This document shows positions 19,315 through 28,195 of a stretch of DNA of 64,000 nt, piece after piece. The position numbers and the translations under genes are program-made. The stretch covers positions 252,013-316,012 of IMG/VR virus record IMGVR_UViG_3300021197_001489; one strand, written 5' to 3'. Within the stretch, counting starts at the first letter, position 1. Each line of letters starts with the position of its first letter. The notes beneath the pieces are model-generated. The model ran no database searches and was not told where the DNA came from. It saw only the letters and a program-made list of their open reading frames with translations.

Positions 19315-19816
19315 AACATGGTGGCAAGGACACAGTGCTCCAGTATGGCAAGGAGCATTTGAAGACCTGCCATACAAAAACGAACCGTTCAATGATCCTG
19401 TAAGTTTAGCAGAATGGCGCAAGCTAGGGTACACACAAACAAAGTTCACCGGCGATATGTATGACATGCGCAATTCTGCACCCGGATGGATGAATGCAAT
19501 TCGCAAAGTATTGCCTTGGAAACATTTTTCATGGAGTGTTTACAGAATGGATCCAGGGTGTTGCTTGCCAACACACGGCGATACATATGCACGTTTCTGT
19601 AAGTTATACAACATCACAGACATGTACACAGTTCACAGAGCAATATTTTTTATGAAAGATTGGGAAAGCGGACACGTCTTTGAAATAGATGGTGTACCGC
19701 AAACACAATGGCGTGCCGGAGACTACTATGTGTGGCGAAATGATACTGAGCATCTAGCAGCCAACGTTGGCAAAACACCTAGATACAGTCTACAGATTAC
19801 TGGAGTTATCGAGTGA
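19292..19816 (+). CDS. 2OG-Fe(II)/cupin-fold oxygenase-like protein
   Basis: LPTHGD (HxD) ... HLAAN and PRYSLQITG. Confidence 0.7.
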   Translation: MATPDHNKTWWQGHSAPVWQGAFEDLPYKNEPFNDPVSLAEWRKLGYTQTKFTGDMYDMRNSAPGWMNAIRKVLPWKHFSWSVYRMDPGCCLPTHGDTYARFCKLYNITDMYTVHRAIFFMKDWESGHVFEIDGVPQTQWRAGDYYVWRNDTEHLAANVGKTPRYSLQITGVIE

Positions 19817-20733
19817 AAATCCACAGTTACAATGAATGGGATCAACTTAGGGAAACCTATGTTGGCATAGCCAACCATGCCAATTGGCCAAGTGATGATC
19901 CAGTGTTCGCCAACGAAAGTGAAAAAACACTGTGGAAAGAAACGCCAGTACCAAGTGGTGCTGTGCCGCAGTGGATCATTGACGAAGCCAATGAAGACCT
20001 AGACAGTTTAGCAGCAATATTAGTTAAGCAAGGTGTTAAAGTCAATCGCCCAACTGATATAAACTTCCAAATGATGGGCGGCATGTACAACTACTGCCCA
20101 CGTGATAGACTATTAATTGCCGGTGACAGAATACTTGATCCGCCAATGATGTATCCGTGTAGAAACATGGAAGTGCTTTGTTACAAAGAAATGACTGAAG
20201 GCAATACAGTTATTGAAATGCCGCGTGATCAAGGCTTAACGCTGGATGCAGCAAACATCTGCAGACTTGGAGATACTTGGTTATATCTTGAAAGCGAAAG
20301 TGGCAATAGAGCAGCATACGAATGGCTGTGCGAAAAGTTTCCAAGTATTAACATCGAACTGGTAAACTTTTATGCAGGAGTACACATTGACAGTACCATT
20401 GTGCCACTGCGTGAAGGATTGCTGCTTGCAAACAGGCCTCGTGTAAAATCAAAACGTTACTTGCCAAAAGTTCTCAAAGATTGGAAAATCATCTATGTTG
20501 ATGACATGGTGCCGCAAAGTTTTCATGAATATCCATATGCCAGTAAATGGATTGGATTGAACATGTTGGCTGTGAATAGCAACACCGTAATAATGGACCC
20601 GGCCCAGACTGACCTTATAAATACTCTGGAGAAGCATAAGTTTAACATTATAACGCACACACTGCGACACAGCAGAACACTGGGCGGCGGACATCACTGT
20701 GTAACACTAGATACCTGGAGAGAAAATGCTTGA
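19813..20733 (+). CDS. Amidinotransferase (glycine/inosamine-phosphate amidinotransferase family)
   Basis: SYNEWDQL, CPRD, DAANI, HIDST, C-terminal TLGGGHHCVTLD with catalytic Cys. Confidence 0.9.
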   Translation: MKIHSYNEWDQLRETYVGIANHANWPSDDPVFANESEKTLWKETPVPSGAVPQWIIDEANEDLDSLAAILVKQGVKVNRPTDINFQMMGGMYNYCPRDRLLIAGDRILDPPMMYPCRNMEVLCYKEMTEGNTVIEMPRDQGLTLDAANICRLGDTWLYLESESGNRAAYEWLCEKFPSINIELVNFYAGVHIDSTIVPLREGLLLANRPRVKSKRYLPKVLKDWKIIYVDDMVPQSFHEYPYASKWIGLNMLAVNSNTVIMDPAQTDLINTLEKHKFNIITHTLRHSRTLGGGHHCVTLDTWRENA

Positions 20734-21976
20734 CGCTAATATATTAAATCAACTTGTCCAAGATGAAATTAAGAAAAATGTCAATGAACAAATAAACACT
20801 GCACTTAGCTCTTCAGAATGGTTACAAGATCTTGAGTCACGAATCGTTGCGCATGTACAGGATCGAATCACTGCTCGTTTTGCCAACATCAGTACTATTC
20901 CAGACCTTGTAAGCACAGTAAGTTCAAGTGTTGAAAAAATGTTCAAAGATGGGCTTGTGCCTAGCCTTGATAACTTGGTGGATAACACACTGCTTGAACA
21001 GGCAGTTGATCAAGCAGTTGAAAATCTAGTAAGAGACACTGTTGAAAATTTAATGTTCAATGAATCATGGATGGTAAAGATTCAAACGCAAATCTCTCGC
21101 GAAATGAGTGATCGTATTTCAAAGACACTCAAACAAGTGAATATCAAAGATGTACTACGTGAAGTAGTAATTGAAAATGCAGGAACACTCACAGCAGATC
21201 TCAACAGAGAACTCACTGTTGAAGATGGATTAGTTATTGTCAAGCGTCATCTTAATGCTGAAAGTGCTAGCTTTGAAGAAGGTATTGTGGTTAAAGGTCC
21301 TGCAAGTTTTACAAAAAGTGTAACAGTAGATGGTGATCTTGCTATCAAAGGACGTATCAATACCAACAACAGAAGTTTTATCGAACTTGCTGAAGTTATT
21401 GAAACAAATGCTTACAACAAACTCAAAGAAGAGTTTCTTGAACTTGCAAGCGATTCAATTATTGATCGAGTTCAAAAAGGTATCGATGTCAAGGCAATAA
21501 ACATTCTTGGTAAACCATTGGTTGACGATGGAGAACTTAGCAGTGGTATTGTTAACAGTAATCTTACCACTGTTGGTACATTAAGTAGTTTACAGGTTGG
21601 TACTTATTTAAGTGCTAATAATCATAGAGTAGGTATCAATACCACCACACCAACCAGTGCGCTAAGTGTTTGGGACAACGAAGTCAGCATTGAAATAGGC
21701 AAACACAGTCAAAATTCAGCACAAATTGGCACAGCAAAAGCACACAGTCTTAGTTTACTAACTAATAATCAACAACAATTAACCATTAACGCAGATGGGC
21801 TAACTTGGGTAAAAGAACTACAGGTTGGGCGTAACAAGATTGCAACAGCTGGTTTAACCCCAGGGCATTCTGGAGCAAAAGGTGATATTGTATTCAATAG
21901 CAACTACAAACAAGGCGAGCCATTTGCCTGGGCATGCTTGGGTGCATATCGCTGGGCGGAGCTAAAGTCAGCCTAA
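20726..21976 (+). CDS. Hypothetical protein, possibly virion fibre-like
   Basis: Helical N-half; beta-rich C-half with RVGINTTTP motif and GDIVFNS...W.C end. Confidence 0.7.
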   Translation: MLDANILNQLVQDEIKKNVNEQINTALSSSEWLQDLESRIVAHVQDRITARFANISTIPDLVSTVSSSVEKMFKDGLVPSLDNLVDNTLLEQAVDQAVENLVRDTVENLMFNESWMVKIQTQISREMSDRISKTLKQVNIKDVLREVVIENAGTLTADLNRELTVEDGLVIVKRHLNAESASFEEGIVVKGPASFTKSVTVDGDLAIKGRINTNNRSFIELAEVIETNAYNKLKEEFLELASDSIIDRVQKGIDVKAINILGKPLVDDGELSSGIVNSNLTTVGTLSSLQVGTYLSANNHRVGINTTTPTSALSVWDNEVSIEIGKHSQNSAQIGTAKAHSLSLLTNNQQQLTINADGLTWVKELQVGRNKIATAGLTPGHSGAKGDIVFNSNYKQGEPFAWACLGAYRWAELKSA

Positions 21977-22524
21977 TGGAAGTTTCTTGGGTACTAAGTG
22001 CTGATTACAGTGATCCAATTGTAAAGCCAGAAACACTCAAAGAGATTGGGTCAACTTGGGGTAGCTGGAAAACCTGGCGCGGGTACAGCACCGACAATGT
22101 GTTGTGTTTCGATGACACAAAGGCACAGGATCTAATTAAACGTGCGTTTCACAGTGTGTGTAACTTTTACATTCCTGAAAAAAGCTACATAACACTTAAC
22201 CGTCCAAGTGGTGTCAAAGTGTTTGATGGTGATTTTCCGGCTGAATTTGAAAATCAAGAAGACGTTATTGCTATGCATCTAGTAAGCCAAAGCGAGTTGG
22301 TACTGCTGTTGGGCTTTGATCTACAAGAAATCACCGATACCGATACTGTTTCAAAACATCTAAAGAAAAACTACGAAGCCGCAGTTCGTGCTGTGATCAA
22401 AAACCACCCTAATACACAGTGGGTATTTGTTGATCATCCTGGCGAAATGGATAAAAGTTTTGAAGAAATAGAAAATATCACTTGCGATACCTATGAAAAT
22501 GTGTTACAATTACTAGGTAACTAA
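21976..22524 (+). CDS. Hypothetical protein
   Basis: TAATG coupling with the upstream gene; 182 aa. Confidence 0.75.
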   Translation: MEVSWVLSADYSDPIVKPETLKEIGSTWGSWKTWRGYSTDNVLCFDDTKAQDLIKRAFHSVCNFYIPEKSYITLNRPSGVKVFDGDFPAEFENQEDVIAMHLVSQSELVLLLGFDLQEITDTDTVSKHLKKNYEAAVRAVIKNHPNTQWVFVDHPGEMDKSFEEIENITCDTYENVLQLLGN

Positions 22525-22542
22525 GACACCTAGGAGAATTAC

Positions 22543-23565
22543 ATGGCTGCTCGCGTAGGCTTTTGCTGCAAGTATCTGCATCCAGATCAGACACAAAAGA
22601 AAAAAGTCCTAATGGAGATCCAGCAACAGCGTACAGAAAAATGTACCACTGTTGCGTGGCTTAAACGGCAGACTCGTGAAGTTGCTGAACAGCGTTTGTA
22701 TGACATCATGCAACACAACATGCAAAGCGCGGCCAACTTGGTTGAGTATGTAGGACGCCTTGAGCCAGGATTGCGAATGGTGCGACTGGGCAGCAATCAA
22801 TTGCCCATGTACACACAGCCAGACTTCAGTTACTTTTGGCAACAACCTGATATCAAAGTTGAATTGGCAAAAGGTTACGCACAAGTAGGCAAACTTGCAC
22901 GACAGTGGGATGTGCGCCTAAGTTTTCACCCTGGACAGTTTTGCGTATTAGCCAGTGACAGTGAAGATATCGTAAATAGAAGCATAGAGGAGTTTGAATA
23001 TCATGTTGACATGGTCAGATGGATGGGCTTCGGCCGTAAATTCCAAGACTTCAAGTGTAATGTCCACATCAGCGGTCGCCAGGGTCCAGCCGGTATCCAA
23101 CGAGTCCTCCCAAGACTATCTCCAGAAGCGCGAAACTGCATTACTATTGAGAATGACGAGATGTCGCACGGTCTCGACGCATCGCTTGAGCTCAGCAAAG
23201 ACGTCGCCCTCGTTCTTGATATACACCACCACTGGGTCCGTACCGGTGAATACATCGAGGCCACCGACGATAGAGTTCTTCGCGTAATTGATAGCTGGCG
23301 CGGTATACGCCCAGCATTGCATTACTCAGTATCACGTGAAGACATACTGGTTGATCACGATCCTAATGTGCGTCCAGATATGGAAAGTTTACTCGCAGCA
23401 GGCTTCAAGAAACAAAAACTTAGAGCGCACAGTGACTTCTACTGGAATCATGCAGTCAACGAATGGGCTGCAACATTTGCCAAAGATTTTGACATACAAT
23501 GTGAGAGCAAGTGCAAGAATCTTGCCAGTCATGCATTCCACAATAACTATATTAAAGGAGACTAA
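22543..23565 (+). CDS. uvsE: UV damage endonuclease
   Basis: RVGFCC, VRLGS, RLSFHPGQF, NVHISG, ITIENDE, LVLDIHHHW, HYSVS, AHSDF, ESKCKNLA. Confidence 0.93.
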   Translation: MAARVGFCCKYLHPDQTQKKKVLMEIQQQRTEKCTTVAWLKRQTREVAEQRLYDIMQHNMQSAANLVEYVGRLEPGLRMVRLGSNQLPMYTQPDFSYFWQQPDIKVELAKGYAQVGKLARQWDVRLSFHPGQFCVLASDSEDIVNRSIEEFEYHVDMVRWMGFGRKFQDFKCNVHISGRQGPAGIQRVLPRLSPEARNCITIENDEMSHGLDASLELSKDVALVLDIHHHWVRTGEYIEATDDRVLRVIDSWRGIRPALHYSVSREDILVDHDPNVRPDMESLLAAGFKKQKLRAHSDFYWNHAVNEWAATFAKDFDIQCESKCKNLASHAFHNNYIKGD

Positions 23566-23566
23566 A

Positions 23567-23758
23567 ATGCGTCAATCAACTGAACATGTGTTTCACAACA
23601 AGTTTACCAGAATTTCAGACCTCATGCATCGCTATCGTGCAGAAGGTGTAAAAGACGGAGGCAGACCAGCAGCAGAGTACCGTGGTGCTCGCAGGAATAC
23701 AGCACGGTTAAGTTATAGAATTGCCAAAAAAGCTGTTAAAGCTGAATATCAAGAATAA
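23567..23758 (+). CDS. Small basic hypothetical protein
   Basis: AAGGAG RBS, ATG at 23567, 63 aa. Confidence 0.7.
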   Translation: MRQSTEHVFHNKFTRISDLMHRYRAEGVKDGGRPAAEYRGARRNTARLSYRIAKKAVKAEYQE

Positions 23759-23960
23759 ACTGATCACTGGGTTTTGTGTTATCATATTCGATGCACTTCA
23801 CCCGCATTAGGCCGTTGCTTAAACCTTTCCACGAACCATCTGTGGTTAGATTAGCGGCGGCTTTTTCACATTTTTGCAACGTATTAAATGTCAAAAACTC
23901 TGGATGCGGTATCCAAACTCCTGGTGCTGCCAATACAAACACCACTAGTGCGTACATCAC
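23736..23960 (-). CDS. Small signal-anchored two-cysteine protein
   Basis: MYALVVFVLAA, FNTLQKC, RVKC. Confidence 0.65.
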   Translation of the reverse strand: MMYALVVFVLAAPGVWIPHPEFLTFNTLQKCEKAAANLTTDGSWKGLSNGLMRVKCIEYDNTKPSDQFILDIQL

Positions 23961-23963
23961 GTG

Positions 23964-24449
23964 TTAGATATTATCTTTGTTTGCAACAATACTTCCGTTG
24001 CCAAACAAATCAACTGCTTTCCAGCTTAGATAAATCTTGTATCCAGGAACCTTTGGATCAGCATCTCGCATTCCTTCTAAGAAAACTTTGTCTGACGCAA
24101 CTTTTGCAGTCTTTACTAGATCGCTATCTTGGGCATCGCCTTTATTCCAACGGTACTGCCTTATAGTTTTGTATAGTAGGTCGTGTATTATAGCTGCTCT
24201 AGCAACGTCAAATGGTGCAATTAACCACCACATCATCCTTGGCACACTTGCTAAGTCAGTAACGAATCCTGATGGCACTGTAATAGTTTCAGTTTTGTTG
24301 TTTTCTCTTTTAACTTTGACACCTACACCCTTGAGTGCATCAATTTCATCTACTGTAAGTGCAGATGTTGTATAAGATAGATCTCTGCCAAGTGTCCACT
24401 TTCTAGGTGGATTAAACTCAGCCATAATTTTATTATTAAATTGTCCCAT
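23964..24449 (-). CDS. DUF1353-like protein
   Basis: ITVPSGFVTDLASVP, AAIIHDLLY, DKVFLEGM. Confidence 0.85.
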   Translation of the reverse strand: MGQFNNKIMAEFNPPRKWTLGRDLSYTTSALTVDEIDALKGVGVKVKRENNKTETITVPSGFVTDLASVPRMMWWLIAPFDVARAAIIHDLLYKTIRQYRWNKGDAQDSDLVKTAKVASDKVFLEGMRDADPKVPGYKIYLSWKAVDLFGNGSIVANKDNI

Positions 24450-24467
24450 GTATAGCTCCTTGTGGTG

Positions 24468-24475
24468 TATTTATA
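24468..24475 (-). promoter_or_regulatory. T4-type late promoter TATAAATA
   Basis: Exact TATAAATA on the minus strand ahead of AAGGAG and the DUF1353 start. Confidence 0.75.
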
Positions 24476-24574
24476 AACCAAAATAGCTATTTCGGTAAAG
24501 CCATTTATAGACTTTTGGTAAAACGATGCTATACTTAAATAGTAAGTAAAACACTTTACCAATTGGAGGCAAAT

Positions 24575-24859
24575 ATGGTAGGGACTTTTATGTTGCTGTT
24601 TAATCTAACAGTAAGCGGACCAAGCGGTGCCGCAGGCGATGAGATCATAAATGTGTACAGCAAAAGATTTGATACACAGATCAAATGCGAACAGTTTTTA
24701 GATGATTATGAATGGCTGATTCGCAGCAAAGGCGTTAGTGCATTTCAAGACATGCTGAAAAAAGGTTACAGTGTAAAACTAAACAGTGTAACCTGTGATA
24801 CACCAGCGGAAGCAGCAAGTGTGTCTAAAGCAATTACTCAAAACATGGGTCGTGGATAA
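24575..24859 (+). CDS. Small signal-anchored two-cysteine protein
   Basis: GGAGG RBS; MVGTFMLLFNL, FDTQIKC, SVTC. Confidence 0.75.
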   Translation: MVGTFMLLFNLTVSGPSGAAGDEIINVYSKRFDTQIKCEQFLDDYEWLIRSKGVSAFQDMLKKGYSVKLNSVTCDTPAEAASVSKAITQNMGRG

Positions 24860-25659
24860 TGAAACGTTTACTACAAACTGTTGCAATGATGTCTTGTTTA
24901 AGCTCGCCAGTTGCAGCTGAGCAGTGGGACGGAACTTGGCCGCCCCCAGAAGTGATTCGCACTGAAGATCTGATTCTTGGCGGACTGCTTATGAACTTTC
25001 TTGATCAGTTCAACGAAGAGAAAAAGTTTGAAAAACAGCGCAGGCAACCAATATACACTGCACCTGATGCAAACAATCTCAATACCAGTGGTATGAACAC
25101 AGCATACAACAGCTACAAACAGCAAGCAAATGCTGGCGATGAACAGATAAAAGGATTGCTTTCTGGTTATCCGCACCGTGCATACAGAGTAAGCATGCGA
25201 AATGCTACCTACAACATGCAGAACCGTGACATGATTGTGAATGTAAACTTTGTTGTAAGTTGGAACCCTAGCTTTTTAGCCGAACTAAACCACACACTGT
25301 TGCAAACTGGCACCAATACTGCTAGTCCAACACACTGGGCATTTGTTAACACTTCGCACAGTCAAGACAGAACGGGCAAGAAATATCGGTTCGATCAAAC
25401 ACGCGGTGACTTGTTGATTAATACACTGTATCGGGCAGGCCCTCAAATACAGGTGCTAGCAGGCGGAAGAAGTCTGGGTTGCTGGGATATTCCTGAGCTT
25501 AGTGGACGTTCAAACAGTGCCACAGGTATGGTACAAACGACCCGTAACGGAGTAACATTTAAGACTTGGATGGAGTTACAGAGCAGTATCAGTTTTGCAG
25601 TGCAAACGCCACCTGATAATGTTCAATTGAGAGTTGTGAACCAGAACTTATGCCTCTAG
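24859..25659 (+). CDS. Exported hypothetical protein
   Basis: Signal peptide MKRLLQTVAMMSCLSSPVAA; TAATG coupling. Confidence 0.8.
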   Translation: MKRLLQTVAMMSCLSSPVAAEQWDGTWPPPEVIRTEDLILGGLLMNFLDQFNEEKKFEKQRRQPIYTAPDANNLNTSGMNTAYNSYKQQANAGDEQIKGLLSGYPHRAYRVSMRNATYNMQNRDMIVNVNFVVSWNPSFLAELNHTLLQTGTNTASPTHWAFVNTSHSQDRTGKKYRFDQTRGDLLINTLYRAGPQIQVLAGGRSLGCWDIPELSGRSNSATGMVQTTRNGVTFKTWMELQSSISFAVQTPPDNVQLRVVNQNLCL

Positions 25660-27191
25660 GTTCTGCGTTCACGGCCTAAGGCCTTGCTATCAAGGTCTCC
25701 ACCACGAGGCTGAGCTTTGACATCACTTGTTTGTGTGCCGGGCTCAGCCTTTTTCACTGGCTGATTATCAGGAATGTCTGTACTAATATCGGCAATCTCT
25801 GTTTCTTCATCAGTTGCGCCATTTTTAAGAACTTTGAATACCAAGTTGCCTTTGCCTTGCGTACTCATATAACTCTTAGCAGCACTCATTAACACACCAC
25901 TGACAGTTTTGCTTGGATACACACACTGGAATGGTTTTACATTAATAGTATCTTCGGTGTTTGTGCTAAGTGTGTACATCTGTACCAATGCACTGTGATT
26001 CAGTATATCACTGGCTGCTTCACTGAAGTTGGTATCGTCATTTACTATATCGCATATAGGATATGCAATTGCACTTAGCATATGTTCAATTGGAATAATT
26101 CTAGTCATGTCACGTGCTTTGCGTCCATTGTATAGTTCTTGAAGTTTGTCACTTTTAAGCACACTCATTACGTCATCATCTGGACCTAGGCCTTTTAGTT
26201 CTTTGACTTGCGTTTTTTCATCAGGGGTAATAAATCCAAATGCAATACCAAGATTCAATGGTCCATCAGTGTGACCACCATTTTTGATTATTTCCATTAT
26301 GCTAATCGCTTCTTGATATTTTTCTACTAGACGTTTGCCTTCTGGAGCCTCGCGTAAATCTTGCACACTTTTAAGCAAGTTGATAACACTGGCCATTGCT
26401 CCTGCTTGAGCTTTTGAAGATATTTTTATTTGCTTCCCATCTGGATTGATTAGCAAACTGTCAAACAATCCATCTGTGGTACCGGCATTGAAACTGATAA
26501 CACAACTACTATAGCCTGATCCACTGAAGAAAATATCTTCAGCTTCAGCAGCATTGCCGTCTGTGTTCTTGCCCAGGATCAATGCCATTGGCTGAAGCAT
26601 TTCACAAAAGTAATTTGAAAATGCTTCTGGATTCATATTGCCTCTTGGGATCTCCATTGGAAAGTCATTGGCCATAAAGTAATCTGTAGCAGCAACTTCG
26701 TCTGAATCTTCGCCAAACTTGGCAACAATCTGTTTGCGTATACTGTCTGGTGTTTGACTTTGTAAATCTGTGAGTATTTCAGTTGGCTTGTAACCCGAGT
26801 TTTCTTTGACAGCAGCTTTGCTTTGGTACTTGAAGCCACCAGGTAAATCGTTAGGGAATCTGTTTAGTGATCTGTTTGGATTAATCTTTTGAAACCATCT
26901 ACCAACTACAAAGTCCTTGCCTGCTGCGTCTACAAAACGTGCCAGTCCAAATGCTTTGTTTGAACCTTGACTGTTTGCCCATTGTATCTCTGTGTCAGAA
27001 ATCCCCAACTGTGCAGTCAAATCCAGCAGTGCAGCGTTCATTGCGTCTGCGTCCTCATAACCGTCTTTTTCTGGAAAAAAGTCTAAACTTTGAAAGGTTA
27101 ATACGTCACCTTCAGGATTAGCAAATTTTTCGCCCGGTTTACGGTTCGCTAGACCCACTCCTTCAGCAATGATTTCTACATATTCTCTCAT
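25656..27191 (-). CDS. Hypothetical protein with possible PD-(D/E)xK-like motif
   Basis: 511 aa; GAGG RBS and ATAAGTA motif upstream; GLFDSLLINPDGKQIKISSK segment. Confidence 0.75.
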   Translation of the reverse strand: MREYVEIIAEGVGLANRKPGEKFANPEGDVLTFQSLDFFPEKDGYEDADAMNAALLDLTAQLGISDTEIQWANSQGSNKAFGLARFVDAAGKDFVVGRWFQKINPNRSLNRFPNDLPGGFKYQSKAAVKENSGYKPTEILTDLQSQTPDSIRKQIVAKFGEDSDEVAATDYFMANDFPMEIPRGNMNPEAFSNYFCEMLQPMALILGKNTDGNAAEAEDIFFSGSGYSSCVISFNAGTTDGLFDSLLINPDGKQIKISSKAQAGAMASVINLLKSVQDLREAPEGKRLVEKYQEAISIMEIIKNGGHTDGPLNLGIAFGFITPDEKTQVKELKGLGPDDDVMSVLKSDKLQELYNGRKARDMTRIIPIEHMLSAIAYPICDIVNDDTNFSEAASDILNHSALVQMYTLSTNTEDTINVKPFQCVYPSKTVSGVLMSAAKSYMSTQGKGNLVFKVLKNGATDEETEIADISTDIPDNQPVKKAEPGTQTSDVKAQPRGGDLDSKALGRERRT

Positions 27192-27261
27192 GGATACCTC
27201 AATTTTCTTAGTGTCGTATTACTTATCAAAAAACTCGTTATAATGCATAGATCTCCGACTC

Positions 27262-27296
27262 TAAATAATATACTGGCCGAGCAGTTATAGGTCAGT
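27262..27296 (+). promoter_or_regulatory. Late promoter TAAATA plus leader hairpin
   Basis: TAAATA 27262-27267; ACTGGCC/GGTCAGT stem 27272-27296; AGGAGG RBS follows. Confidence 0.6.
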
Positions 27297-27317
27297 TTAA
27301 CAAAAGGAGGTTTCCAA

Positions 27318-27551
27318 ATGGATATCTTAAAATCAATCCAAGGATGGGCAAGTGCTCTAACAGAAGTGGCAGTATCGTTACTTGCTTTAGGCATTACACT
27401 TGAAGTCTTAGTAGGCGGAAAGAATGTACCATTCTGGCCAGACATTACAATTATAGGTAATGTAACTGACATCATCACAGCATTGTCAGCCCAGGGACTA
27501 GTAGGTCTAGTTGCTGTTTGGGTACTATATTCAATTTACAACAAAAAGTAA
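27318..27551 (+). CDS. Small two-TM membrane protein
   Basis: Strong AGGAGG RBS; two hydrophobic helices. Confidence 0.85.
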   Translation: MDILKSIQGWASALTEVAVSLLALGITLEVLVGGKNVPFWPDITIIGNVTDIITALSAQGLVGLVAVWVLYSIYNKK

Positions 27552-27574
27552 TCTATTATAGCTACTCTCTTAAG

Positions 27575-27623
27575 GAGTAGTGAGACCTATTCTTGCGGAT
27601 CCGGTTTCACTACTCTTTTTTTT
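27575..27623 (+). terminator. Rho-independent terminator between convergent units
   Basis: GAGTAGTGAGACC/GGTTTCACTACTC 13-bp stem followed by T8. Confidence 0.8.
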
Positions 27624-27624
27624 A

Positions 27625-27795
27625 TTAACGGCAACTGAATCCGTTTACTTCTGCAGTTAAACGCTTCTCAAGTTCTGCTACTGTGTAACTTGCTTCACGG
27701 TACTTTAGTGGCTGTCCCATCGGGACGCCGGCCCACGAGCCAGTTTTTGCATTTGTAAAGTTCATTTTAAAAATATTCTTAAGCAGTTTAGTCAT
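27625..27795 (-). CDS. Small protein (56 aa, not in ORF track)
   Basis: GGAG RBS; MTKLLKNIFKMNFTNAKTGSWAGVPMGQPLKYREA...FSCR*. Confidence 0.7.
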   Translation of the reverse strand: MTKLLKNIFKMNFTNAKTGSWAGVPMGQPLKYREASYTVAELEKRLTAEVNGFSCR

Positions 27796-27847
27796 TGTTT
27801 TTCTCCATGATAATTTTTTGCAATCTGCTGATTGTTTTCGGATTCAT
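27788..27847 (-). CDS. 19-aa micropeptide
   Basis: GGAG RBS; MNPKTISRLQKIIMEKNND*; overlaps the upstream stop and the downstream start. Confidence 0.45.
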   Translation of the reverse strand: MNPKTISRLQKIIMEKNND

Positions 27848-28017
27848 TTTGTATCTCCCATCATTAAATTTCTTGCTTCTTGGTAATAACCCATTTGTGC
27901 TAGTGCGCTTGCAGCTCTTGCTCTGCCTATACTTTCAGTTATTTCCATACATTTTTCCAGTGTGTTTTCTACTGCATCACAAAATGTGCAGTATGTTTGT
28001 GTTAATACATGTGCCAT
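27844..28017 (-). CDS. Small protein (57 aa), DUF1127-like by inference
   Basis: MAHVLTQTYCTFC...ESIGRARAASALAQMGYYQEARNLMM; TAATG coupling. Confidence 0.7.
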   Translation of the reverse strand: MAHVLTQTYCTFCDAVENTLEKCMEITESIGRARAASALAQMGYYQEARNLMMGDTK

Positions 28018-28193
28018 TAATAATTAATTCCTTTAATTGGTGTTTTGCCTGTTGACATTAGGTGTTGGTATGCCCATTCCCAGTCAGCGCCATATTCTGT
28101 TTTTGCCCAGCATAACATTTGCTGGTCATATTGTTGTCTATTGCGTGATCCAAAAACCACACGTAGACTTGCAAATAACTTTTCAGTCATCAT
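28017..28193 (-). CDS. Small protein (58 aa, not in ORF track)
   Basis: AAGGAG RBS; MMTEKLFASLRVVFGSR...WAKTEYGADWEWAYQHL...*. Confidence 0.75.
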   Translation of the reverse strand: MMTEKLFASLRVVFGSRNRQQYDQQMLCWAKTEYGADWEWAYQHLMSTGKTPIKGINY

Positions 28194-28195
28194 CT

